DNA of 63,561 nucleotides, filler included, from Asterionella formosa (lineage: Eukaryota): NCBI GenBank assembly GCA_002256025.1. It is 15 parts of 15 records of this genome, joined end to end, with 100 filler letters (N's around TTAATTAATTAA, not from the genome) between each part and the next. Parts side by side here need not be neighbours in the genome. Positions count along the whole stretch, not along the records: positions 22,354 to 44,589 come from NKIB01002821.1; 14 more parts are not named here. The stretch is one strand, 5' to 3'. How positions within the stretch are numbered: the first letter of the stretch is position 1; each line of letters begins with the position of its first letter. The notes under the pieces are model-generated. The model had not been told where the DNA came from and ran no database searches. It was given only the letters and a program-made list of their open reading frames with translations. Below, piece after piece: positions 26,110 to 39,668 of the stretch. The position numbers were made by a program, and so were the translations under genes.

Positions 26110-27300
26110 ATGGATCCGTATTCTGTGGGGTGGGTCAGAAAGAAACATAGGTTCAGGTACAGTCGGTGGAAGGCATCCTTTGTCCGATTTTTCAATCCTT
26201 TCTACTATGTTCTTGTCCATTGAAATTCTTACTGTAGCTTCAACGACTCCTTATAGGACCACTTAGAAACAGCTCTAATAGTAGAATCATCATCACAAAT
26301 TATAAAAGAGAAGATAACAATGTTCTTCATTACTGCATCAATCTTCATTTCCACTTCATTGTCTGGTTTCATTGCCCTCAAACTACCAGTTATGTGATTC
26401 TTGGGACAAACATGTTCCATGATTGGTTTCTTGTACCGTACAGCCCTCTTGAAAACATTACAAACCTTAGATTTCACTCTGTAGTCTAGTATCTCTTACA
26501 TGTAGCCACCAATAGAAATTGCATGTCCACTTACAGAGTTGTACTTATTCCCGCTTGACCGCTGCTGCCAGCCCATGTCATAAGCAACTAATGGTGAGTT
26601 GCGGCATATTGAGTACAGAGAAGTGGTCCCTACCAATAAGATTGTTCCACCACTGAAAATCACGTCCTTTGTTAGCCCAGTCTCCTCATTCATGGACATT
26701 AAGTGTCTGATATATTTCTTCCTGACACGCCTCTTTCATTGCAAGAGCGGTAGCAGCAACTTCAGCCTTTCCTACAAGTTCCTCTACAACACCGAAGTTA
26801 ATGTGAATAGACCAAAATCCAAAGATCATTGGTAAGTTCATTGCGGAGCAGATGATATCTGCATCAGCCGGTCCCATTCCGGCTTCGTGACAACCCAAAA
26901 TAAACTGTTTGTTGATAGAAAAGTGTTCTGCTTCTATTGCATTATTTCTTATCTCATCATTTCTGATTCATTGCTGTCGCTTTTTGTAGATTCGGTTAGA
27001 AATAATTTTCTGACAGGTTAAACAGGAGACTTTGAATTCGCTTGCCAAGCCGTAGTTTTTGGAACAGTAGACGAGACAACAATCAAAGGTTGGTTCATTG
27101 TTGAAATCGAAAAGTAAAACACATCCTGGTCAAAATATGACGTAACAGAGTTACAAAGTGATCATTTCCAATACTATTTTCAAATTTATTTTAAAAAGCT
27201 GTTGCAATACATATCTTCTTGCAGCTCTTTCTGCAATAAATTATAGCTGTTTATATAATTCCTGTTCAGTTGAAAGTATGTTTCAATTTGGGATCTAATT
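26110..27300 (-). pseudogene. Degenerate Mutator-like/Kolobok-type DDE transposase
   Basis: Motifs in order across frameshifts: NYGLASEFKVSCLTC, INKQFILGCHEAGMG...MNLP, YDMGWQQRSSGNKYNSVSGH, KSKVC...HVCPKNH.GS, IICDDDST, PEPMFLSDPPHR. Confidence 0.75.
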
Positions 27301-27369
27301 ATTTTAGGGGTCTATTTGTTATTTCATATCACCTCACTTTAGAAGTTTTTGAAACAAGATAAATAGGTT

Positions 27370-28825
27370 GATAGAGGGACAAATGTCCTTCATAATTTTC
27401 ATCGTGGTTTAACGCTGGAAAAATTGGTATCTGTATCGTCATTTGCTTGTTGGAACTGTCCATTGAAAAGAGGAATGAATGACCCTCATTGTTATCATTG
27501 TGGTCTGCCGCTGGAAAAGTTGGTATCCATATCGTCGTTCGCTTGTTGGAACTGTCCGTTGCCTCAAGCCTGCTTAGCGTGTGCGTACACACACTGTCGA
27601 CTTGTTTTCATTGTTATGTTGTTCTTGTATTCACTGTTGAACTTGTCCGCATCTTTGTTACCATCAATAGAGGGACAAGTGGCTCTCTTCATTGTTGTTT
27701 GCTCCTGGAAAAGGCGGTTTCCATGTCATCCTCATCAATAGAGGGACAAGTGTCCTTCATCATTGCGGTTTGCCGCTGGAAACATTTGTACCCATGGTAT
27801 TGTCATTCACTTGTTGGAACCACTGTCCGTTGCGTCAAACCTGATTAGCGTGTGTGTATGTGCACTGTCGACGACTTGTGTACATTACAGGAGTTACTTA
27901 GCTACTAAAGTGCAAGTTATAATGTCATACTCTGTAGTACGATAAAGTATAAAGTTCCCAATCAACATTGAATGATTGATAAGATGATACTGTGATATTA
28001 CGATAGGGGTACTTTGATACATACATCACCAAAATATGATACCTAATATTGAATAATGACTATCACATAGCNNNNNNNNNNNNNNNNNNNNNNNNNNNNN
28101 NNNNNNNNNNNNNNNNNNNNNNNNNNNNNNNNNNNNNNNNNNNNNNNNNNNNNNNNNNNNNNNNNNNNNNNNNNNNNNNNNNNNNNNNNNNNNNNNNNNN
28201 NNNNNNNNNNNNNNNNNNNNNNNNNNNNNNNNNNNNNNNNNNNNNNNNNNNNNNNNNNNNNNNNNNNNNNNNNNNNNNNNNNNNNNNNNNNNNNNNNNNN
28301 NNNNNNNNNNNNNNNNNNNNNNNNNNNNNNNNNNNNNNNNNNNNNNNNNNNNNNNNNNNNNNNNNNNNNNNNNNNNNNNNNNNNNNNNNNNNNNNNNNNN
28401 NNNNNNNNNNNNNNNNNNNNNNNNNNNNNNNNNNNNNNNNNNNNNNNNNNNNNNNNNNNNNNNNNNNNNNNNNNNNNNNNNNNNNNNNNNNNNNNNNNNN
28501 NNNNNNNNNNNNNNNNNATGCATCGTTGTATCTTTTTTCCTTGTTATATATATATTGTGTAAACATTATAGCTGATGTCAATGGCGCAACATGCATATTA
28601 TACTCTGCTGCTGTTCAACAACTGGTACACTCGGTTACAATCACATCATTTGCACCACCACAAGCGCCGCAAAAGCTCCGCGTTTCCCTTCCACTGTTTT
28701 ACATCATAGTCTTCTGGCCCTTTGACAACTTTCCAAATGGCATTTCATGGATTCATATTCATGGATTTCATGGGAAGGATCAGTCTCACAAGAAATGTGA
28801 CTTACCTCCGTCGTTTACACTACAC
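27370..28825 (+). repeat. Dispersed repeat, copy B, with internal ~70-100 bp sub-repeats; lies on the 5' side of the transposase
   Basis: Matches 17590-18690 on both sides of the N gap. Sub-repeat ATAGAGGGACAA...CTGGAAA...TTGTTGGAAC recurs near 27371, 27470, 27668 and 27738. Confidence 0.85.
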
Positions 28826-29444
28826 GAATTTATGTTTTCGGAAAAAAGATGAAGAAACTTATGAAATCAATCGACGATTCCTTTGAATACACTCAAAAAA
28901 CAAATGAATTTAAACAGATCCATAATACTCCAGAAAAAAATGAATTGTGCCGATACAATAGTGGTAGAGATTGAAAAGAAGGAAAGATTGCTTTCGAAGA
29001 GGAAACCCAAACAGTTGTTCTACAAGTGATTTTCAAGGGTATACAGCTCATTTGTATCAACATTATCTACAGTCCCAGGAGCAGTGTCCACAACGGCCAT
29101 CACATCCATACCACTGATTTTCTTTTTTTCTTTAGCTCCCTCTGCTGCCGAACTGCCATTCTTTCAAGTCAATGGTCTTTCGCAATAACCACATGATGAT
29201 TTCGGACACACAAAGATGGGTGAATTTACTTGGAAAGGCATGAAACGACAGCACCTTTTTGCCCATTGTCAAATTTTGTTTTCACGCCATCCTGCACAGA
29301 AATTTTTGAGATTTTTTTGGCAGGCAGACTTCTCGTGTATCTGAAAATATAAGATTATTGCCATTCATACATCCAGAAACATCCAGTTCTGTAGATTTAG
29401 ATGGACTTTTCAGAAATGAAATATCTGTTGAATTGAGCTAGGGA

Positions 29445-29769
29445 TGTTGGAGAAATTATTTTAGGAAAGAGAAATCCCGGTGTGGATTAACTACTACATA
29501 ATGAATGAATCATAAAAGAATATGGCACCAGAGAAAACTCAGAATTCGAAAACAATCTACATCTCCAGTAAAACCCATAATTCTACTAAAACTCTTAGGA
29601 ATGATTACAATCGATTACTGCAACATCGCTGTTCATGTCTATAGCCTATTTGGTCCCTAATGTGTGCTTACAGGATACAAGAAAGCAATAGAGGACTTTG
29701 GGAGGCAATTTCAACAGTTTTAGTAGCATTAGCCGGCTAGGAAGAGCCATAATATTACAATCAACAACA
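29445..29769 (+). repeat. 5' LTR (325 bp) followed by a candidate primer-binding site
   Basis: Begins TGTTGGAGAAATT and ends TCAACAACA, followed by GGTGGTCCGTTGAGAG and the gag ATG at 29850. Confidence 0.7.
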
Positions 29770-31490
29770 GGTGGTCCGTTGAGAGTCCGGAGACAAGATC
29801 TGGGGGTACCAGACCATCCAGAGTCTGAAGAAGTTGCACAACGCGCATCATGAGTGGCAAAGGAGAGTTTGCCAAGAAGGCTCAGGCCAAGGGCACGTTT
29901 CAAGCCAAGAGAGGTAGCAACAATATTCTCACACCATCAAGAATTCAGTTAATGACTATAACTACTACCTCGGATTGGCAAAGCAGGCATCTGATTATGA
30001 GACTACTACTGACTACCTCATCAGCTACATCAAGAAATTGTTCGACTATGGCAATGACATAGGAACCGCGCTCAAGTTGTTAGAACCAATTAACATTTCG
30101 GCCTGGTAGCCAAGAATGCAAGCGAGCATTGCAACAACAGGAAAAGATCGCACTGCAAAGAATCGGCAATATGAGATTGAGTTCAATGCTGATTATAACA
30201 CCTACAGTAAAAGGGTACAGGCCTATGAAAATAGTAATACCAAGGCATATGCATTGCTTTGGGAAAGATGCAACAAAGCCATGAAGAAGAAAATCGAAGC
30301 GAGATCCAATTACAATAGGATCGAAAATAACCCAATAACTTTGTTGCTTATGGCAATTAAAGAACACGCACTAAATTTTCAAGAGAATCGATAATCTATG
30401 TCGATCATTTTAGATGCAATGAGAACGCTTTTATTTACAAAGCAAAAGGAAGGAGATAGTCTACAAGACTGCACCAATAGATTTTGTATGGCACGAGATG
30501 TGCTCAAGTCACACATGGGAGGACCAATTATCCTCAGCACCAAGTTCANNNNNNNNNNNNNNNNNNNNNNNNNNNNNNNNNNNNNNNNNNNNNNNNNNNN
30601 NNNNNNNNNNNNNNNNNNNNNNNNNNNNNNNNNNNNNNNNNNNNNNNNNNNNNNNNNNNNNNNNNNNNNNNNNNNNNNNNNNNNNNNNNNNNNNNNNNNN
30701 NNNNNNNNNNNNNNNNNNNNNNNNNNNNNNNNNNNNNNNNNNNNNNNNNNNNNNNNNNNNNNNNNNNNNNNNNNNNNNNNNNNNNNNNNNNNNNNNNNNN
30801 NNNNNNNNNNNNNNNNNNNNNNNNNNNNNNNNNNNNNNNNNNNNNNNNNNNNNNNNNNNNNNNNNNNNNNNNNNNNNNNNNNNNNNNNNNNNNNNNNNNN
30901 NNNNNNNNNNNNNNNNNNNNNNNNNNNNNNNNNNNNNNNNNNNNNNNNNNNNNNNNNNNNNNNNNNNNNNNNNNNNNNNNNNNNNNNNNNNNTCGCACAG
31001 TTAGAAGGAAAATGTTACTGCTGTGGAAGAGCAAGACATAGATCCCCTTCATGTTGCAACAAGAATAAACCCAAAGAGGAATGGGCAATCAACAAGGCCC
31101 AAAAAAGCCATGCACGGGCACAGGATAATACTTTATGAGTACGGTTACCTCTGTTAATTCCAGCAACCCACTGTCATCACAAGCTTCACAACAGGCAAAA
31201 GTCAATCAATTTGGATGGGCGGGAGCTCATATCAAACTACAATTTTACCAAGGATCTGAGATGGGTGACTGGATAATATTGAATAATCGATCAAGTGTCA
31301 CAGTTTTTTGCAATCCATGAATGGTGGAAAACATTCGAATGTCAACCAATGAAAGCATGCACCTGGCAACAAATGGTGGATCCATGGTCACTAAAGTGAA
31401 GGCTGATCTTCCACAATGGGGACAAGTATGGTTCAATGACAAGGCAATCACCAACATCTATGTTATGCCAAAATGGCAGATAGGTACATA
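29445..31490 (+). mobile_element. 5' part of a decayed CoDi-like Ty1/copia element (5' LTR, gag, zinc knuckle, protease)
   Basis: LTR TGTTG...CAACA at 29445-29769. gag fragments KAYALLWERCNKAMKKKIEAR...IKEHALNFQE, knuckle CYCCGRARHRSPSC and protease-like WIILNNRSSVTVFCNP. Stops and frameshifts present; truncated near 31490. Confidence 0.85.
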
Positions 31491-31499
31491 AGTCCACCA

Positions 31500-34400
31500 A
31501 TGGCATGGAATCCATGAGGAGAAACATTCACCACAAAGACTTACCCTTGTTAAATAGCACACATCCAAGCTCTACCAAGAAAGAAATGCAATCCAAGAAG
31601 GCTCGGCTCGCACACACAAGGGACACCTCAGACAGTGGCATCAGCAGCAGCAGTGATAGCGTCAGCACTCGCAAAAGGCGACTACACGCTAATTGACATC
31701 TTCAACATCGTATCACCTATACAACTTCATGTACCACATATGCTCAGGTTGCCAGAGATCAGGTCGGAACATCAGCCTTGGCAATGAGACCCCCAGAAGA
31801 CTTGTCTGAAATCACACCTTTGGAGCCGACATGGCGTGCTCACAGTGCGGTTCAAATAGAAATGTACTCTCTCCGCAATGAACTCTTACAAATGCATCAT
31901 AGCATGCATGACCACCAGGCAGCACAAGAAATGCTTCAAGAGACAGTGCCAAACATGCAACAGGATACAGAGGAAATCAAGGGAAATCTATTATTGATGA
32001 TGGATATGTATGGCAATTACATCCTAACTTCTCCGTACTGCAACCTCTCTATACTTTTCATCCCCTTCCAAATGGTTCTTTGACAAATAGAACTCATCAA
32101 CCCACTGTCATTACTCCCTTCCACCACAAATCTACCCAACCTGGCGAAGCAAGGCAGCATGGGCAGGAATCATGAGGGTCTCTCAGGAATCCCCAGACAA
32201 GCCAGTTCACCACAACCTGGGATCAAAGATTTACACCTACCTCCAAGAGAGATGTCACAACATGAGAATAGGATTCACAATACATCTAAAGGACACAGAG
32301 ACACCAGCCACACGCCAAGTCAACACGAACAACATAATGAAATGAGAAAAGCTGACAGTATTGGCCACTGGGGCGATGATATCAAACCAGTTAGTGATGA
32401 TATAGTGAGATTAGTATTCCAAAACGTCAACGGACTTGTNNNNNNNNNNNNNNNNNNNNNNNNNNNNNNNNNNNNNNNNNNNNNNNNNNNNNNNNNNNNN
32501 NNNNNNNNNNNNNNNNNNNNNNNNNNNNNNNNNNNNNNNNNNNNNNNNNNNNNNNNNNNNNNNNNNNNNNNNNNNNNNNNNNNNNNNNNNNNNNNNNNNN
32601 NNNNNNNNNNNNNNNNNNNNNNNNNNNNNNNNNNNNNNNNNNNNNNNNNNNNNNNNNNNNNNNNNNNNNNNNNNNNNNNNNNNNNNNNNNNNNNNNNNNN
32701 NNNNNNNNNNNNNNNNNNNNNNNNNNNNNNNNNNNNNNNNNNNNNNNNNNNNNNNNNNNNNNNNNNNNNTGCAAGGACACTTGATTGGGATGTGTGAGAC
32801 AAACGTCAATTGGAACAATGTTTCCTTTCGCGATTCATGGGAAAGAAAATAAACTACAGGACACAAGACCCTTTACTTCTCTCATTCTTCCTGTAATGAG
32901 GGATATTCCAAAATCCTGTAACGAGGAGGGTGCAGCATGATGTCTACAAATATAATGGGGTCCCGCTTGACGCAACAAGGAAATGATGAGGACATGGGTC
33001 AATGGGCATGCAACGCTTCAAATACCAAGACCAGAAGCACCTCACAATAATTACAGCATATCAAGTGAGTCAGAAATGTCAGCCTAGGGTGTGGGAATGA
33101 ACACTGCATTTATGCAACAGTGGAGATTTCTGAAGACACAGAAGGTGGGTCCGGTCAACCCAAGGGCGCAATTTTGGCAAGACCGATCAGCCAAGATGCC
33201 ACAAGCTCAAGAGGAGGGTGACGAAATTATTTTGATGCTTGATGCCAACTCCGATTTTGATGATGTTCAGTTCCTTCAAATGGTTACCAAACATAAGTTG
33301 CTTGACCTTCATTCGAATCTTACTAGTTTGACTCCGCCTCCAGAATCATATAGGCGTGGAAAAAAAGTTCGACTTCATCCTTGGGTCTTTGGCTATTTCC
33401 CAGGCAGTAGTAAGGGGTGGGATCATGGATTGTAACAATGGAATTAATAATAAGATCATTGAGCACCTTTCATAGACATGGATGAAGAAGACTTTCTCAG
33501 TCAAAGGTCAAGATTCGATTACACAAACAGGATGGGGACTACACTTCAAAAACAAGCTTCATGTGAAAAATTACCTCACATTAGTCCACAAACATTTAGC
33601 GGCTCATAATGTAGTCGAGAGATGCAGCCGCTTGAGGGAAGGTAGCAAATCAGCTAAATTAGAAGCAGACAAGATTGAAAAAGAGGTCACCAATGCAGCA
33701 GCATGTATGTCAGAAATGAAATATCCAGTGGGGGAAAATGGGTCAGATATGATCAAATCGACGCTTACCATTGACGAGTTCAAACAAGGCTTTAAACTAG
33801 TAGCAGAAAAGACATCCTCGTTTCTGAGTGGACAACACCTGGGGCATTACTATAAGTATAGCTTGAAAGACGATATTCTTTGCCTTGTTTACTCAATCCT
33901 GATGTCAACACCTTTTGAATTCGGTTTCACCTTAGCCCGGTGGCTTTATACTTTACAGGTAATGTTGGAAAAAATCAAGGGACAACCATGTCTAGATAAA
34001 CTTTGGGTCATTCAACTGATGGAGATCGACTTGAACATGATGTTATGTATCATTTTTGAACGCAGATTAATTCATCGTGGAGAGGACAAACAACTTTTAT
34101 CTCCGCTCTAATAGGAAGCCCGCCCTAACCAATCCTCTCAGGATGCCATTCTGATGAAGCGGTTAACCTACGATGGCATTCACAGTGGTAAGAAGGTTGG
34201 GATTATCTTCAATAACAACAGAAAAGCGGCTTTTGATCGTATAGTACCCTCTGTTGGGGGCATTGCCCTATGTTGACTGGGCACAAGTACACATGCAATT
34301 CAAACATTATTGATCAAACTAGAGAAGATGTCATACCGAATTAGAACAATGATGGGTCCCTCTGAGGAAAGTTACTCCAATCTTCAAAATTGGGTTTTAG

Positions 34401-37300
34401 GCACCTACAGGGTTCAGACGCTGCTCCAGAATTATGGCTAGGAATTACATGTATCTTGCTGGGGGCTATCTCCAAAAAATCATGCGGGATATGCTTTTGT
34501 AATCCGAAAAACACTCGCTCCGTGTCTAGAGTGTCTGAAACCTACATAGATGATACTGAACTGATCTTAGCGGTGGATCAAGGAGATATCTCCGAATTGG
34601 CGCAGGAAATGCAGATCATAGCTCAGCACTGGGAGCAGCTATTATATACAACAGGGGGAGCTTTAGCTCTGGAAAAATGCTTTTATGTGGCTTTCGATTG
34701 AAATTTTGTTAATGATCAATATATGCTCAAGACCAAAGACGACCTGATGGGACTCAGTATAGCTTTGTATTCAGGACAAAATTTCAGAGATTATACTTTT
34801 ATTCCTCAGAAAGACCCATGGAACAGCCCTCGTAACCTTGGTGCACGGCTGGCACCCAGCGGAAACAGCATAGACGAGAGTTCCCATTTAATTCAGAAAT
34901 GACGGACACTGAGTCAGAACATTTCAGCCTCCAGGCTATCCCAGCACAAAGTAATGATCGCTTATAAGACAATGTTATGACCAGCAATGAAATATCCCTT
35001 ATGTGGCACCACCTTCACTGCGCATGAGTGTGAGATCATTGACCGATCGTATTTCCCTACCCTGTTGTCATGGATGGGGTTCAACCCCATTACAAAACTG
35101 TTACTTTTCTTTGGTCCCCCATCGCTGGGCTGCTTTGGCTTTACAAATAATTACACTGATCAAGGCATTATTCAGGTTCTAATACTCCTCAGTGATCTTC
35201 GTCACCAGGATGAGATCGGACACATGATACAAATATTAACAGAGAATGTACAATTAGTGACTGGACTCTCCCTCCGTTTTTTTAACGTACAATCCCCAAG
35301 TATTTATACAATATATAGAATCATCCCGGATAACGAGTGTCTGGGAGTATCTTCATTCTACGAAGGGACAAGTTCAATTGGAGGACTCATTAGAGCTTGG
35401 AATACAACGGGTTCACGATCAGAATCTCATGGATGTTTGGACCCATCCCGCATTAAGGAATTGAAAAGATTAAGCGCCTGTAGGCACTTCCTCCAGGTGG
35501 TTAGCATTGCTGATCTTTGCGATGCAACTGGACGGTTTTATCACCAGCAATATATTCAAAGGTAATCGTCACACAGACAGACGGAGCTCATATAAGTGGC
35601 CGCATCAGCAGAAACTATCACCGGTAGCCTGGGCATTATGGGGGAAAACACTGGGCCGGACAATAAGTACCCCTACTGGGAGACTTCGTATTCCACTGGG
35701 GAATTGGTTTTCAAGACCTATACACCAGCATTGGACTTTTCACTTGGATATGACAAAACATCGCTTAGTTGAACAGAGGGAAGGCGGCTTATATCTCCTG
35801 TAACTATTTCTTCCCGAACTGCAACAATCTTGGAAATCTCCGGTCTTCCTCAGGCAATCTTCCCCCCCCCCCTCCCCCCCAGGTGGGGACATTTCAGAAG
35901 GCAGTGGCAGAAGGGCAGGTCGTGTTGGCTTCTGATGGATCCTTACAAGGACAACACGATGCCACTCAGGGATGGAAGATGTTCTGTAGGCAAGATGGCA
36001 CAAGTGCTTCGGATCACGGGGTGGTCACAAGTGGAGGCACCGCTATGTCTTCCCTCCGTCCAAAGATTGGAGGTCTCCTTGGGGGCTTAGTAGCAGTAGA
36101 CACATTGTTGTCCACAACCACTTTGGGAGAAGGCACAATTTCCATACGAAGTTTGAAGGTACATCTTGATAATAAAGCTCTCATATCACGAATCCAAAAA
36201 TGGAAGCACAGAAGACCCTCTCAAACGCTCGCTCCTGATTATGATCTCCTTCAGGTAGCCATGTGCCTTGTCCCAAAACACAATATTGAGATCCATCCAC
36301 ATCACGTCAAATCCCACCAAGATTCAGATATAGCGTATAAAAAATCGCTATGCGAGGCGAAACTCAACTGTGATGTGGATGCTTTGGCAAACCAGGCAAG
36401 GACTTGTCTCCATTGCCACAACTTGTGTACAACGAAGTATGCTCCCCCACCGGGTCATAGGGCATCCTTATGAGGACAGGAAAAATGGATAACAGGTCAC
36501 CATCCCTTGGCTATTCGGGAGGCTAGATACCGCGAATTGACTAAAACAATTATAGCTAAGACCGGGTGGGACACAAAAGAAATTTATGACATGGTCACAA
36601 GACCTCGAGCAGGGACGAGGATAGCTAGCTGGGTCTTCACAGAAGACAACGCTTTTCAAGTTAGAATTTGATTTTTTCGCCACAATGACGAAACGCTGTC
36701 GGAAATTCGAAAAACAACAAAATGATGGACAATGTCCACGATGCGGAAGATTTAATGAGGACTTAAATCATGTGATCAGGTGACCTCGCAACACTACCTA
36801 TAGGAATAAGCTATGGACGGAGATGTGGACCACAATCAAAGGGAGACAAACATGTCCTCCTTATGTCATGAAAGTATTCCGGTCAGGCATGGAAACATGG
36901 TTTAGCGAAGGCGTAGTACAATGGGAGGGCGTTATTCCACCTCCAAACGATGTTATTGGGCACACCACCTTCAAAGCTTTCATTAATCAGCAGGACATAG
37001 GGTGGGATCAGGCCATCGGGGGCGGAATTAGTGTCAACTGGGGCAAAAAAATGCGCTATATTGCCAAGCAAGACGGCTACATTCAGATCTAAATATTGAT
37101 GATCACTGGACAACCCAGCTTATATCTGACTTATGGGACTTATCAGGCAACGGACTTCCCGCACCCAGTTTCCGTACGGAGCCACAGAGGATGAACAGAT
37201 TGATATTCTTGGCCAAGAGGCAGACCTCATCATAACACAGTTAATCTCAAGCGGATAGGCTAATTCCCTCAGACAGGTTCTGATTTAGCATCCCGTGCCA
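31500..37300 (+). mobile_element. Degenerate near-full-length LINE (APE endonuclease - RT - RNase H - Zn finger), Ambal-like
   Basis: APE RLVFQNVNGL and IGMCETNVNW. RT QGSDAAPELW...TYIDDT...TGGALALEKC. RNase H LASDGS...HLDNKALI...HVKSHQD...LNCDVDALA. CPRCG Zn finger near 36735. Many stops and frameshifts. Confidence 0.88.
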
Positions 37301-37510
37301 GGTCAGAAAATCACGTCATACTCTGTCCCAAAAGTTACTATGGATTCGGACAGTGGAAGCTTCCCGTCAAGCACAGCACCCTGGTGGCATGCAGGCTCAA
37401 GGTGATGGAGCTCGGCTTTGCCTTGCTCCACGATTGGAGATGTTGGAAGGACGTCGTCTGAGGGCTCGCTATAGGAAGAGCTAGTTACATTTGGTCTCTT
37501 CGGGCGGGGG

Positions 37511-37512
<2 letters not shown>

Positions 37513-37555
<43 letters not shown>
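37513..37555 (+). repeat. Poly(G) tract, 43 nt
   Basis: Read directly from the sequence. Confidence 0.9.
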
Positions 37556-37556
<1 letters not shown>

Positions 37557-38758
37557 GGGGGTGAAAGGGTAATGAAATGCAACGAAGCTTATGCATTCTT
37601 AGGCAAAGAAACAAATGAGACCGGAAACAAGCCTTGAGATCTGTATATGGGATGATTTGTTGAAGCCACCTTTGCATTTTAATATATCCCACGTTACAAT
37701 AGCAGCGATATCCAGCCTGTAATTATCCTGTAAATAACAAATGTTATCCAGGTAGTGACTAGTGAGACATTTTCAATGTAACATCACAAATAAATATCTA
37801 TATATATATATACATTATAGAAATCATAGCATTGCTATTGTCGCACCCTTTCGGTTCAGGGATTCTACTGGTTTTTAGGCACAATGGCGACTAGCTGACC
37901 AACAGGTGGATTCATGACCACTGAACTGTCTTGGGAAGATTCATAAAGGTTGGCTGGTATGGCCCTCCGCACAGGACTCTAACCAGACATTATCATAGTG
38001 CTAAACGGTGGATTTGTATAAAACATGCACGGAAGAAAAACATGGATAGGGGTTAGCTGTGTTGGTATGATAATTCGATCCATGTAGAATTTCCATGCCA
38101 GAGGAACAGGAACAGGGTTAGTAGTGTTAACTCGATTGGTCTTCTGTTTGACCATTGTTTCACTATCCCATGCATGGCCAGCTCCATTAAAATGCATGTG
38201 CCCAGCCATTACCACTTAGTGTAAAATTATCATGTTCAAACTGACACTTGAAATGGTTGTTTTCTTGATGCATCACATGACTGTAATCAGCAATGCGAAG
38301 GCCATCTTTTGTTGAAATTGACACTTGTCACGCTTGTTTTTATGCATCACAGCATTGTCTTCAACTTCAACTATTTATAGACGATTTTGTGTTAGAAAAA
38401 TGACATCAGGCAGCACCCGCGTTCTCTTGACATAACACGATGCCCTTCAACGATATGAAGACGATGTTGTGCTAAAAAAGAAGTCATGCTTGAGAATTTT
38501 CTTGAGATTATCTTTGAATGATTGTTGATTCTCCAAGTACTGCCAGTACCTCTGGCATTTCTGTACCTTTCCCTTCTCTATTGGTTTAGATTGTGGCTTG
38601 CGCCGGCAACCTAACAGTTTGTGGTTTAATGAGTTAATGAGTGCATACACAGTTGCAATACACTTTCAGTACAATCTTCATGTAGACTAATACAACTTCA
38701 GCGTGTGTGTTTGTTGTCGACTCATAAATATACGCATAATTTATTCAAATTTATCAGT

Positions 38759-39550
38759 ATGGGTTTAGTTGTTACGTGGGAGAAGGAAGAGGATGAGGCG
38801 CTTGCTCAGTCCTGGGTTGCAGCCAGTGAAGGCTCAATCACTGGGACTGGTCAGAAGGCAAGCAAGTTTTGGGGCTGGGTGTTTGAGATCTATGTAGGTC
38901 TCATCCCAGATGGCAAGGAGCGGACACCAACAGCATGAATGGTTCGATGTGGAACGATAAATCAATGTTTCACAAAGTTCTGCGGCCTCTTTGCACAGGC
39001 AACAAGTGTTCCAAAATTGGGATGGTCAGAGGATAAATACATTGAAGAAGCTATTGAGCTATTTAAATTGGAGGGAAAAGGGAAAAGGCTAGGCAAAGAT
39101 TTTATATTTTTCGAAGGTTTTTGGCACATTCTAAAGCAAGCCCGGAAGTGGAAGGGTAGTTGCGGTTATGTTCAGGATCATTCAGAATTGAAGCTTGATG
39201 ATTTGAAGTATGAGTTGCATCCCATGAGGGTGGAAGCCGCCAAGAATGAAAAGCATTTTGCTAATGCTCAGCATGTCATTGTGCAGAAGCATGTTATGAC
39301 AATACTTTAAAGAAAGGCGAAAACTCAATGTGATGAGTTTCTATTCAAGATATTTTCAATGAATAGTGAATCAGCAGAAGCAAAGAGGTGGTTTGCCATG
39401 AAGGCACATGAAGCAATGGAAGAGATAGATGCTGTGATTGGGAAACCGGCAGCCAAAAAGGCCAAAAAAGTGGAGTTTACCCGTTCTGCTGAAGTAGATG
39501 TTTCAACTTCTCCATCAGCATCTCCTGATGAAGATGATTCTAGAAACTGA
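38759..39550 (+). pseudogene. Harbinger accessory DNA-binding protein (Myb-like/NAM-associated), interrupted by stops
   Basis: WEKEEDEALAQSWVAAS...GTGQKASKFW, then INQCFTKFCG...FWHILKQARKW. Same frame, with stops ending at 38938 and 39310. Confidence 0.78.
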
Positions 39551-39668
39551 ACAACTAGAGTTTTAAAATAATTTGGTTATTGATTCCTCTCCCAGTATCA
39601 TTTCATTTTTTCCGATGTACGTTGTAAGAGTCAAAAGATTTGATTTAATATAAATAAAATAATAAATT

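Noticed and set aside
37303..37692. Polyproline ORF (and the poly-Cys/poly-Val ORFs at 53399-53682)
   Set aside because: These are artefacts of the poly(G) and (CAA)n tracts.
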